From the NCBI GenBank assembly GCA_043745805.1, contig JAYTSD010000037.1, forward strand, positions 32,001 to 96,000: a stretch of DNA of 64,000 bases, in the 5' to 3' direction. Positions 27,564-37,519 of this stretch are shown here, piece by piece. The position numbers were made by a program, and so were the translations under genes. Under the pieces are notes generated by a model that did not search any database, was not told where the DNA came from, and was given only the letters and a program-made list of their open reading frames with translations. Numbering within the stretch: position 1 is the first letter of the stretch; every line of letters begins with the position of its first letter. This stretch comes from Fibrobacteria bacterium (GTDB lineage: Bacteria > Fibrobacterota > Fibrobacteria > UBA11236).

Positions 27564-29945
27564 TTATTTGGATTGCAGGAGGTAAATACCTTTTGCAATA
27601 TCCTTTTTGCTTTCGCTCTGTGAAGGTTGAGCCGACAAAATTTTTCGTCCACCCATATCATAAACCGTCAGTGTTTTTGTGCGATTCCAATCTTTAGAAA
27701 TGTTGCCGCCCCAAAAACCAATTTCCACATTGTTTTTATTTTTCAATAATTTGTTACGTGGCAGTATAGAAATGCCTTTAATTGGGCCAGTTTTGGTGAC
27801 CTGTGCTTTGGCAGGAACATCCATACTGAATCCATCATTGAAGGTTACTGTAACCGGTGCGCTACTTGGATTATACGCCGTATAACTACGCACGGCAGCC
27901 TTATCAAAAACGGCATAGCTAGGAATACTAGCCGTTACTTGGGTATTTAATAATCCAACCGCTTGCAGGCTTTTTAAGAGATAATAAGTATGCGCTGGAG
28001 TTTCACCGGCTTCAGGATTTGTTCCTGTACCATAATTAGCCACTGCTTTGTCGGGATCGGCAAAGGCAAGGTATTCATAATAAATATCCTTCCAAGAGCC
28101 TCCTGGGAAACCTTCTTCATAGTTGGGTAGGATATGATCGGGACGACGGCCTATATATAATGATCCTGCGGCAATGGGAAAGAAATTAATGGCTTGAATT
28201 TGACTGGGGTTATTAGAAAACCAAGTCGCATAAGTACCCCCATTACTCCACACCATACCCACAGATTGATGCGTGAAGGCGGCTGGGAATACTTGTTTAT
28301 CCACATCCCACCAATATTGTTCAATGGCGCGCGTTTCATTCACATACATGAATATGCCCATGTCACGTAACATTTTATTACCCGTATTCATGCCATATAA
28401 TATAAGTGCGGCATTAAAATTCATGGACTCGGAAGAGGACTCTTGATTATTTCCATCATTTTCAAAACCAATACCATCCGCCCAACCATGTCCTTCATAG
28501 GCGTCGAAATATTTAAAGCGTGCGAACATGGGATCATTATCATCCCAGCTATTAACATCACGGATTAGCATTTCCACCATACCGCCCCAATTACTCGTCT
28601 TCACCCAATCGGGATCCCAAGCTGCAATGGTGGCTGCGGCCATCAGAAAATACCCATAATGAAAATGATGATCCGCCAAGCGATCATCGGAATGAAAAGA
28701 AGCCGGGTAGCCAATTAAAGTGCTAAAACCTTTGTAGAAATAAAGTTGTTGATTGCCGCCAGTAGTGAACCAGCTTTCCAATCCTTTTTCTAAGGCTTTT
28801 ACTAATTCGGTTCGTTTAGCGGTATTTCCTCTCCCTTCTAAAATGGGAATAAGCGCCGCTAATCTTCCAAATGATTTGCCACCACTGTAGGAGTCGCCGT
28901 CTCCAGCAGAAGTAGGAATTTGACTTAATAATTTATCGAGTTGTGTGGGATCGGCGCCTACATTTGGTAAAGCGGGGAGAATGCCATTAAAAGCCATGGT
29001 AGTAGAAAAAGAAGTTCCCGTAGCCACTTTCATTTCACCACGTGCGCTTTTGTAGGTGTAATTGGTAAGCGGGGTGCTTGCAGCCATCCATTGATGCCGT
29101 AACAAAGCAAATACAGTACCTTGCTCGGTACCTTCCTTAACCTCGGTAATTACCGAATAGTTAGAAACCAAATTGGCGGTTGCTTCCACATAACCCCAAG
29201 TGACAACGGTTTTTTTCACAAAGGAATAAGCATATTTTTTATAGAATTCTAATGCAGCGGGAGTGCCTTCGGGCAAAGCGGCGATGGATAAATAATCTTT
29301 ACCTGCTAAGGAAGAGCTGAGCGTGGTGGTTCCAGTCCAAGTCGATCCCGTAGGTGCGAAAATGCCAAAGGCTTTTCCACCAATGCTCACGCCGATAACA
29401 TTTCCTTGATTGGCAAATTGTGTAGCTCCGGCGCCAAGAGTGATAACTGCGTTTCCGCCGGTAACCTTGAAGTAAACAAAGGGTAAGCCATGACCAAAGG
29501 TTGCCTCCAGTGTTTTTCCTGCCCCTTGCCAGCGCGAGGTAACCGAAAAATGCGAATACGAAGCCACGCGCGCGGCGTCAGCTGTTAAACCTTCTATGCC
29601 CACGGTGACATTCGCATTGTGTAAGGCGGCGAATCCGTTTGCCGTTGCATAGCCTGGTACTCCAGGATAACCTATTTCTAATCCCTTAGCGGAAGCTCTC
29701 ATAGAAAGAGGGTGAGAAAACATATTTCCAGAAAATTGTGAAGTCATCAAAGTGCTCCACCAATTTGGCGAGGTAATGGGCTGAGTGAAATCGGGGGTGA
29801 CCCAAGCTTTTTCACCAGGCACTTTGGTGCCATCAGCGGTTAAATAATTTCCCAAACCTACTGTTGTTTGACCGAAGGAGTGGATTGTAAAAAAAGAGCT
29901 TAAAAGTAAAGCAAGTGCCATTGTGCTTTTGAACCCAGCACTCAT
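27564..29945 (-). CDS. Secreted GH81 endo-beta-1,3-glucanase with T9SS-like C-terminal domain
   Basis: DHHFHYGYF, FDAYEGHGWADG, GNNQESSSESMN, GMVWSNG, WF; signal peptide; tail VYDMGGRKI...GIYLL; start probably ATG 29945. Confidence 0.9.
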   Translation of the reverse strand: MSAGFKSTMALALLLSSFFTIHSFGQTTVGLGNYLTADGTKVPGEKAWVTPDFTQPITSPNWWSTLMTSQFSGNMFSHPLSMRASAKGLEIGYPGVPGYATANGFAALHNANVTVGIEGLTADAARVASYSHFSVTSRWQGAGKTLEATFGHGLPFVYFKVTGGNAVITLGAGATQFANQGNVIGVSIGGKAFGIFAPTGSTWTGTTTLSSSLAGKDYLSIAALPEGTPAALEFYKKYAYSFVKKTVVTWGYVEATANLVSNYSVITEVKEGTEQGTVFALLRHQWMAASTPLTNYTYKSARGEMKVATGTSFSTTMAFNGILPALPNVGADPTQLDKLLSQIPTSAGDGDSYSGGKSFGRLAALIPILEGRGNTAKRTELVKALEKGLESWFTTGGNQQLYFYKGFSTLIGYPASFHSDDRLADHHFHYGYFLMAAATIAAWDPDWVKTSNWGGMVEMLIRDVNSWDDNDPMFARFKYFDAYEGHGWADGIGFENDGNNQESSSESMNFNAALILYGMNTGNKMLRDMGIFMYVNETRAIEQYWWDVDKQVFPAAFTHQSVGMVWSNGGTYATWFSNNPSQIQAINFFPIAAGSLYIGRRPDHILPNYEEGFPGGSWKDIYYEYLAFADPDKAVANYGTGTNPEAGETPAHTYYLLKSLQAVGLLNTQVTASIPSYAVFDKAAVRSYTAYNPSSAPVTVTFNDGFSMDVPAKAQVTKTGPIKGISILPRNKLLKNKNNVEIGFWGGNISKDWNRTKTLTVYDMGGRKILSAQPSQSESKKDIAKGIYLLQSK

Positions 29946-30622
29946 TTTTTCCTGAGGGTTTTTATTTTTCACTGCTAATCTCCTTTGCCCGCAATATACC
30001 ACACGATATTTTTTTGTGCTTGAGGAATATATTTTTGAGGGTAAAATAATCATCAAGAATGTTTTTTAGCATCCGTATTTCAGGATGTTTTCGTAAATCA
30101 CATCAGTCATAGATTCATAGTATAGGGTGGAATGTTAAGAAGAAAAGCAGGTTTTTTATTATTGATCAAAGATAATGCTGAGACATTAAAATTTCGCCAA
30201 TCGAGAGGATATGGAATAATGTATTTGCAAGTTACTTGTAAAATTTAGGCCTATATAATCACAAAAAAATTTTAACTCTGCCCCAAAGGAGTTACCTGTC
30301 TATAAACCATCGAGCCAAAGCTTCATGTCTTTTGTTTGAGAATAATGCCCGGCAAAAAAATGTTCCATAACAATTTTTGTTTATCTTACCAGTATAAAAC
30401 ATGGAAATTCTAATTAAAAAACGATGTTTTTCTTTTTTTTAACAAGATTTTTTTTTAAAAGCGGATTAGATTGGGGCTTCTAGGGGGATAAGTTATTTAA
30501 GTCGTAATTTTCACTGATTTTTATTGTCAGGTAAAAAATAGATCGGTAGTCTGCTTCCCTATCAATTTTTTCAATTATTTAGGTTTAACCTTTTGGAAAT
30601 TTGTTCAAAGGTGGGTGTTCGA

Positions 30623-31972
30623 ATGTCAAAAGCCAAATTGTTGCGATTAGTCGCACTTGGTTTGCTAATAGCGTGTCCCAAAATGATTTTTTCATCAGGC
30701 ATTGAGCGCGATCCATTAAAAGCCACGGCAATTTTTGATAATGGCCAATTCGACGCGGAAGGATTTCAACAACGGGATATTCAGGGGATTCAAAGAACAA
30801 TTGTAAGCATGTTCCAATCGGTTACCATTGAAGAAAGATTGCGGTTAACAGTCGGGATTGGTGGCTTATTCTATTATCCTTGGCCTACAGAAAATATCCC
30901 TCACAAAAGAACCAGAAAATTTGCGACCGGAATTCGTGAAGCCGATGCTGTTGAACTATTAGGAGACATTTCTGACCCTTGGGGTAAACTTCAATTTGGC
31001 GCTTTTCCTTTCAAATACAATCCTGATGCCGCAAATTTGGGAGAGTATATGTATCGGTCGGGAGCTTATCCCAATTATATACAAACCGGCGGCGGTACTA
31101 TTACCGATGGTGGTGGGAGTATAATCAATTCCGCGCAAGTGCTAAATCAAGGCATAAATTTTGAGGTGAATACTTTTTCAATTAAGCATAATTTTTTGTT
31201 CACACTTGAGAGTTCGATCGAGCCAATTCACGATATAACAGCGGCTTATTTTTTCTCTTTTAAATTCCGCAATATTTTCGAAATCGGGGGCGGGAGTTTA
31301 TGGGGACATCTTATATCAAGTCGATCTTCTTATACTACACCGACAGGTCCAACAGTTATTGATCCTGGACGGAAACCATTAAATCGATATCAAGGCGATA
31401 GTGTGGTTTTTAGCGATACGGTGAAAAATTACTCCAACTATACTTTTAAAAACACAAAATTAATGGGTCGAGTTGCATTAAATCTTCGTGGAATATTTGA
31501 TTCCGAATTAATGGGTGCGGATGAAGGCAAAATATATGGAGAAGTTGCAGTATTAGGAATAAAGAATTATCCATTTTATTACACCAATGTATTTAGTCGT
31601 ACACCATTTATGTTTGGGTTCAATCTCCCCACTTTCAAATTGCTGGATAGATTGGCTATAGAGGGCGAATATCATCACTTGCAATTTGCAGATGATTTTG
31701 AAGAAGCTTATTCAAACGGTTTGCCGTTACCCCCATTGCCGCAGGGTGTATATGCTGAGGCCGTAGCCGCTCATAAAGACCCTTCTGAAAACCAAAGATG
31801 GAAATGGTCTATTTATGCTAAAAAAACCATTATGCCGGGTTTTGTTACCTATTTGCAAGTTGCCAGCGATCATATGCGCGGAATCAATTATGACAAGGCG
31901 CCGCAACCTGATTTAATTACCAAACAACCCAGCGATTGGTATTTCCTTTTCCGTATTGAGCTTGGCATTTAA
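30623..31972 (+). CDS. Uncharacterised putative outer-membrane beta-barrel protein, paralogue 1
   Basis: Signal-like N-terminus, amphipathic strands, C-terminal WYFLFRIELGI; shares motifs with 31984 and 35791. Confidence 0.65.
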   Translation: MSKAKLLRLVALGLLIACPKMIFSSGIERDPLKATAIFDNGQFDAEGFQQRDIQGIQRTIVSMFQSVTIEERLRLTVGIGGLFYYPWPTENIPHKRTRKFATGIREADAVELLGDISDPWGKLQFGAFPFKYNPDAANLGEYMYRSGAYPNYIQTGGGTITDGGGSIINSAQVLNQGINFEVNTFSIKHNFLFTLESSIEPIHDITAAYFFSFKFRNIFEIGGGSLWGHLISSRSSYTTPTGPTVIDPGRKPLNRYQGDSVVFSDTVKNYSNYTFKNTKLMGRVALNLRGIFDSELMGADEGKIYGEVAVLGIKNYPFYYTNVFSRTPFMFGFNLPTFKLLDRLAIEGEYHHLQFADDFEEAYSNGLPLPPLPQGVYAEAVAAHKDPSENQRWKWSIYAKKTIMPGFVTYLQVASDHMRGINYDKAPQPDLITKQPSDWYFLFRIELGI

Positions 31973-31983
31973 TCCAAAATAGG

Positions 31984-33333
31984 ATGGATATGAAAATGAT
32001 AAACAATAAATTAGTGAGTGCTTTTGGAATTGGCTGCATATTAGCCTTTGCCGCACAGGCCGAAGTAAAAGTTGATCGGGCTCCTTTACAAATCGCCACA
32101 AATATTGAATTGGGACAAATTGAAAATGGATATAATGGATTAAAAGCATACACTTATCATGGTCAGGTGATACAAAGATTTGGTGTATCGCTAAATCAAG
32201 TTGCGACTATTAATGATCGATTTACTGTTAAAGTTGGGGTCGGCGGCATGTTTTTTTATGTCTCGCCAGAAGAAAAAAGTTTAAGTTCTTCACGAACAAC
32301 TCAATTTGGGCCGGGTGTTGGCCAGGCGCAAGGGATTTACAAATTGGGTGAGTTAGATAGACCTTGGACTTTCCAATTTGGACTTTTCCCCTACAAATAC
32401 AATTCGGATGCCAAAAATTTAGGCGAGTATTTGTTACGCTCAGGAACCTATCCAGGTTATTTAATTACCGGTGGTTGGAATATTATCAATAGCGCAAGCT
32501 ATGTCGCCTCGGGGTTAAGAATCAATAAATCACTTTGGGATGGAAAAATTGAATTCGATGGAAACTTTTTTCTGGAAAGAGATCTTGAACCCTTATATGA
32601 TCTCAGTCCCAGTTTTTTGATAAACTTTAAACCCGCACCATTTTTCGAGTTTGGCGCAGGGGTTAAGTTTTCTCATTTTATTCCAGCTCATTATGCTAAG
32701 GATACTCCTTCGGATTTGGATAATCAAATTAGAAATGGACGGCTATTGAATGGTCAAACTGATTCCGTAATAGCACTCGAAGATAGCCTAAAATTACCCA
32801 TTTCCTATTACACCTTTGCGGGAACAAATTTAGATGGACATGTGTCTCTTAATTTCGGTTCACTATTCGAAAACGAATTAATTGGAAAAAATGATTTGAA
32901 ATTATATGCGGAAGTAGCGCTTCTTGGCGTGGAAAATTACCCTTATTTTTACGAAAAAAGAATAGCCCGTATGCCCATAATGGCAGGCTTAAATTTACCC
33001 ACTTTTAAGACTCTCGATTTATTATCGATTGAAATGGAATACAGACGATGGGATTTCGCAAATGATATTTTTCAAGCTTATGATTCTGCTCTTCCTATTT
33101 GGCTATCAGGGGATGAAGCTAAAAAATGGAATAAAAACGGTATAAAAAGCAGAAATTATAAATGGAGCATTTACGCAAAGAAAAAAATCACCGATGGAAT
33201 ATCTCTCTTTGCACAGGCTGCGAGTGATCATATGCGAACCTTACGGCAAGGTGATTTTACTCCTGAAAGAGATGAAATCACTCGCACACCAAGTCAATGG
33301 TATTATTTGTTGCGCTTGGAAATGGGAATTTAA
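31984..33333 (+). CDS. Uncharacterised putative outer-membrane beta-barrel protein, paralogue 2
   Basis: Signal peptide (AQA), GLFPYKYNSDAKNLGEYLLRSGTYPG, C-terminal WYYLLRLEMGI. Confidence 0.65.
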   Translation: MDMKMINNKLVSAFGIGCILAFAAQAEVKVDRAPLQIATNIELGQIENGYNGLKAYTYHGQVIQRFGVSLNQVATINDRFTVKVGVGGMFFYVSPEEKSLSSSRTTQFGPGVGQAQGIYKLGELDRPWTFQFGLFPYKYNSDAKNLGEYLLRSGTYPGYLITGGWNIINSASYVASGLRINKSLWDGKIEFDGNFFLERDLEPLYDLSPSFLINFKPAPFFEFGAGVKFSHFIPAHYAKDTPSDLDNQIRNGRLLNGQTDSVIALEDSLKLPISYYTFAGTNLDGHVSLNFGSLFENELIGKNDLKLYAEVALLGVENYPYFYEKRIARMPIMAGLNLPTFKTLDLLSIEMEYRRWDFANDIFQAYDSALPIWLSGDEAKKWNKNGIKSRNYKWSIYAKKKITDGISLFAQAASDHMRTLRQGDFTPERDEITRTPSQWYYLLRLEMGI

Positions 33334-33388
33334 AAATGAATTTAAGAAGAACATTGTTCAAAAAAATATTTTGTAAAATGGGAGAGTT

Positions 33389-34015
33389 ATGAAAAAGGTT
33401 TGGATATTTTCGTTTTTATTTTTTGCCTATGCAAACTCCTTTGGAGGAGTAGCAAGCAATTTCGGTTTCGGTTTGAATTATTCCGGAACAAACTTTAAGG
33501 ATAATGATTCAGTTGGTAAGCATTCAGAGCCTTGTTTATCGGGCCAAATGGGGTACGATTATATTATCGGAGAATCTTTTTCTTTGGGTATCGCCTTAGG
33601 GTTAGAAACAAGTGGGGAAAATAGAAACTCGATATCAAGAGCGGGTAAATCCGATGCGAACCCCATTCCTGCAACTATTCGCTTAGGGTATTTGCGGCTT
33701 CCAATTTATGCCAAGTATATGCTTAACTTCGATAAAATTGGTATTCAAGGGGTCGGTGGTTTCGTGGTTTCGAAAAATGTGAATGCTGATTTTACATCAC
33801 CTGATACTTCATTCAAGAAAAACACGCTTATTGTAAATAAATATGATTATGGTTTAGAAGGTGGTTTCGTTTTCCACTTATTTTTCAATAAGTCCGATTC
33901 TTTTTACTTAAACCCTCTCTATTATTATGGATTAACTAAAGTGATGAAGGATGAGGGTCAGTCGGCACTGAGAAATTTCAAAATACATATTGGGTTTTCT
34001 AAACTAATATTATAG
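33389..34015 (+). CDS. Small outer-membrane beta-barrel protein (porin/PorT-like)
   Basis: Signal peptide, FGFGLNYS, LGYLRLPIYAKY, DYGLEGG, YYYGLT, terminal strand FKIHIGFS. Confidence 0.7.
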   Translation: MKKVWIFSFLFFAYANSFGGVASNFGFGLNYSGTNFKDNDSVGKHSEPCLSGQMGYDYIIGESFSLGIALGLETSGENRNSISRAGKSDANPIPATIRLGYLRLPIYAKYMLNFDKIGIQGVGGFVVSKNVNADFTSPDTSFKKNTLIVNKYDYGLEGGFVFHLFFNKSDSFYLNPLYYYGLTKVMKDEGQSALRNFKIHIGFSKLIL

Positions 34016-34317
34016 CTAATAAATTTATTAGTCGTGATTGTTGGTTGAAATAGATGAAACTCTCTAAAAATAGTTAGAACATTGCATTTATTTTGAGTTT
34101 ACGGCTGTTTTTTTAGAATCTAAAATATCGATACTTATTACTCTCCTGATACTATGATTTTTCCTTTAAAAGTAAAAATCATAGTTTTGACGCTAAATTT
34201 CCCTTAAAATTGTATTAAAAAGGCGAGATTTATATTAAAAATAAAAAATTAGAACGCGAGAAAATAGATACGACGGTATATATGAATATTGAAATTCAAT
34301 TTTTTTGGGGATTAATT

Positions 34318-35388
34318 ATGATTTTAAAACGTCTGATCACTGGGGCCATATTTGGGTGCCTTTCTTTAAGCACCGTAGCACATTCTGCTTTAAACAATGT
34401 TTTGATTTACGCTTATGCGGCAGGTTTTCCGCATAATCAAGGGATTCCTGATGCTGATTCATTAATCGTTAAGCAAGGTAAACTTTATAATTATACGGTG
34501 ACCGTAACTACTGACGTCAATTATATGACTTATACGAACATGAAGAAGTACGATCTTATTATTTTCAATAATACTACTGGAGCAGTACTCCCTAGCGCAA
34601 CCAATCAAGCAGATTTTATAAAATATATGAATGAAGGCGGTGGCTATTTAGGTTTCCATGGCGCTATGGATCATAAGGATTATTGGCAATGGTATACCGA
34701 CCAAGGCGTTAGTTTCAACGGCCATACGGGCGCTGATGCAATGGTAAAGCTCGACACAAATAAGGCTGTAAATAAGCCTGAATATGAAGACATAGTAAAA
34801 ATATTTCCCAAGATACCTTGGATGTGGAGAGAAGAATGGTATTCTTTCAAACAAAATCCACGAAGAAATTCCGATATTATTTTAACCGTTGACGAAAAAA
34901 CTTTTGTAAATGCACCAATAGACCCAAAACAAGTAATGGTCGATCATCCTGTAGCTTGGGCGCATAGGTTACCCGCTTTACCTGGGTCTAAAAAACAAGG
35001 CCATTATTTTTATACAGCTATTGGTCATGGCGGCTATGGTAAATGTTTCAAAACTGAAATATATGTCAATGAATTCGTATATCAAGCCATGCGTTGGGCT
35101 GCTGGAGAAAAAGATTCCATAGGCCCAGTTAGAATTAACCCTTCAAGGTTTTTGAATACATATAAAACGGATGCCATTTCTGCTGTTCCAGGGCAATTGG
35201 ACGTAGCCGTTTCGGATTTGGGAATCCATAAAGTCGATGTTATAAATATGCAGGGACAGCGCGTTAATGGCGCACAAGGTAACGGTCCAAGTACCCATAT
35301 TTTTACGAATTTAAATCATGAATCGGTTTATCTCGTACGAATTTACACTACTAAAAAGACTACTACGAAAAGAATTTTTATACAGTAA
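34318..35388 (+). CDS. Secreted ThuA-domain protein with T9SS-like C-terminal domain, paralogue 1
   Basis: Signal peptide (AHS), GFPH, FNNTTG, GGYLGFHGA, EEWYSF..NPR, DHPVAW, FYTAIGH, AMRWAA; tail INMQGQRV...VYLVRI. Confidence 0.82.
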   Translation: MILKRLITGAIFGCLSLSTVAHSALNNVLIYAYAAGFPHNQGIPDADSLIVKQGKLYNYTVTVTTDVNYMTYTNMKKYDLIIFNNTTGAVLPSATNQADFIKYMNEGGGYLGFHGAMDHKDYWQWYTDQGVSFNGHTGADAMVKLDTNKAVNKPEYEDIVKIFPKIPWMWREEWYSFKQNPRRNSDIILTVDEKTFVNAPIDPKQVMVDHPVAWAHRLPALPGSKKQGHYFYTAIGHGGYGKCFKTEIYVNEFVYQAMRWAAGEKDSIGPVRINPSRFLNTYKTDAISAVPGQLDVAVSDLGIHKVDVINMQGQRVNGAQGNGPSTHIFTNLNHESVYLVRIYTTKKTTTKRIFIQ

Positions 35389-35620
35389 GCCTTTCATCTT
35401 TAAAACCATGAGCTTAATGATTTGCCCATGGTTTTTATATTTTAAGCATTTTTTTATCCATTAAAAATCAGCTCTGATAATCTAATGCAAGGTGGTTTCG
35501 TCGAGTATGGTATGCCCCTAGGAGCAGATAAATTTCTAAGCCTCGATCAATTAAGATTTTAAACGGCTACAGCAAAATTTTTAACTGTCTAAGAAAAACC
35601 AGAATAAAACGCAAATAGGC

Positions 35621-35648
35621 TTGACGTTGGTTTTTTTGAAGCTAGATT
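35621..35648 (+). promoter_or_regulatory. Sigma70-like promoter upstream of barrel paralogue 3
   Basis: TTGACG-16 bp-TAGATT. Confidence 0.35.
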
Positions 35649-35790
35649 ATTGCCACAAAGATCTAAGAGAGAACTAAACTCAATATTCCCACTTAGTTTT
35701 TTTAAAAAATTGCAGAAGCAGTGACTAATTTTACTGTTGAATTAGCAAGCAAGAACCAATTTTAAAAACCACCCCTAACTAGGAGTCTAA

Positions 35791-37197
35791 ATGTTAAAGA
35801 ATTCTCTTATTTCTTATGGACTAATATTATCATTAGTCTGTGGCATTACTTTATCGCATGCTGATGAAGATACCATTAAACCTAAGCCTATGAAAATGTC
35901 CGCATCCGTGGACGCTGGACAAATAGTTAAGGGTTATGATGTTGAAACCTCTAAGGAGTATAAATTTCAAACCATTCAAAAAACCAATTTTTGGATTAGT
36001 CAAGAAGCAGTGATTAACGATCATGCAGAAGTAAAAATGGGCGTGTTTGGTACACTGTTTTATGTTCTTCCTGAGGTACAAGGTGCATCACATACTCGTT
36101 TGCCAAAATTTGTAATGTTTCCATCCAATGCTTCTCTCGCCTATCACTTTGGTGAACCCACTAATCCAATTTTAGATTTGCAGGTTGGACTTTTTCCTTT
36201 GAAGTATAATCCCGAAGCTTCGAATTTAGGGGAATACTTACTTCGCTCGGGAACTTATCCTGGATACTTAGTAACAGGTGGCTTTAATCAAGTCAATAGC
36301 GCCGGCTACCTTGTACAAGGCATGGGTCTTACCTTAAATCTGTGGGATGGAAAATTCAAAAATAATTTTTTATTGCCCATGGAAAGAAATTTTGCGCCAA
36401 TGCATAGCATTTCTCCTACTTGGATCACTACACTTAAATCTTCTCCTGCTTTTGAATTTGGGGCAGGTGTTTCTTGCAATCATTGCATCTCGGTAAAACC
36501 AAGCAATGAAAAAAATGGAATATACGAAAATGTTTCGCCTGACTATATGAAATGGCCTGGATCTATAATTACAGAAGTTCATATTCAAGATACAGCTAAT
36601 AAAGCGGATACAGTTCCGACTTTTGTTCACCGCGACACTACGAAGTTTTACACTTTCCAAGGCATTAAATTAATGGGTAGATTTACTTTTGATCCAAAGG
36701 CATATATTCAATCCGATCTATTTAATGCACCCGACTTGAAAATTTTTGCAGAAATAGCTGTTTTGGGTGTAAAGAATTATCCTTACTATTTCCCGGACAT
36801 CAAAAGAAGAATGCCTATTATGTTTGGTATGAATTTGCCTACGTTTAAGGCTTTAGATCTTTTATCGGTTCAAGGCGAATATTATAATTCTCTTTTCCCA
36901 AATGACATTAGTGGTTTGTTCGAATTTCAACGACCATATTGGACAATTCCAAATAATAATCCTGCTACAGACGGACCTGGCACTAAAGTCTGGGATGATT
37001 ATGTTGCTAAATTTTCTAAGTGGAAATGGTCGGTGTTAGCGAAAAAAGATCTTTCCAAAGCGAGTCGAGTATGGCTTCAAGTCGCGAATGATCATTTTCG
37101 CACCTCTGACTACAATATCAAGCCATCAACAACCGCAGTTACCAAGGGAAAAAGTGATTGGTACTATTTGTTTCGCTTAGAAATGGGTATTTTTTAA
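35791..37197 (+). CDS. Uncharacterised putative outer-membrane beta-barrel protein, paralogue 3
   Basis: AGGAG RBS, signal peptide (SHA), GLFPLKYNPEASNLGEYLLRSGTYPG, C-terminal WYYLFRLEMGIF ending in Phe. Confidence 0.65.
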   Translation: MLKNSLISYGLILSLVCGITLSHADEDTIKPKPMKMSASVDAGQIVKGYDVETSKEYKFQTIQKTNFWISQEAVINDHAEVKMGVFGTLFYVLPEVQGASHTRLPKFVMFPSNASLAYHFGEPTNPILDLQVGLFPLKYNPEASNLGEYLLRSGTYPGYLVTGGFNQVNSAGYLVQGMGLTLNLWDGKFKNNFLLPMERNFAPMHSISPTWITTLKSSPAFEFGAGVSCNHCISVKPSNEKNGIYENVSPDYMKWPGSIITEVHIQDTANKADTVPTFVHRDTTKFYTFQGIKLMGRFTFDPKAYIQSDLFNAPDLKIFAEIAVLGVKNYPYYFPDIKRRMPIMFGMNLPTFKALDLLSVQGEYYNSLFPNDISGLFEFQRPYWTIPNNNPATDGPGTKVWDDYVAKFSKWKWSVLAKKDLSKASRVWLQVANDHFRTSDYNIKPSTTAVTKGKSDWYYLFRLEMGIF

Positions 37198-37233
37198 GCT
37201 CAATTAACGCTAAAAATAACGTTGTTTATTATT

Positions 37234-37259
37234 AAAAGGAGGGATAACCCTCCTTTTTT
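37234..37259 (+). terminator. Intrinsic terminator
   Basis: AAAAGGAGGG-ataa-CCCTCCTTTTTT. Confidence 0.85.
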
Positions 37260-37519
37260 ATTTTGGTAAAATCAATAATTAATTTGCTTAAAAGACATGA
37301 TATTAAGACGTCAAAGTTATAGCGATACTTCTAGTTACAGTTACATTTCTAATGTGTACTTAATGGTTCGGTCATTTAAGCTTAACCTAAATAAAATCAA
37401 CACTTTCGAAGTAATTATTGTTTTAAAAACGTTCAGCTAAATTAAAAGGCTAGCCGTATATTAAATAAAAAATTGGATGTTCGTGGGAGCAGCCATCACT
37501 TTTAGCATATGAGGGATAA

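Noticed and set aside
30057-30600. Long intergenic region between GH81 and barrel-1 as possible ncRNA or CRISPR
   Set aside because: No repeat-spacer periodicity or strong stems seen; consistent with divergent promoters
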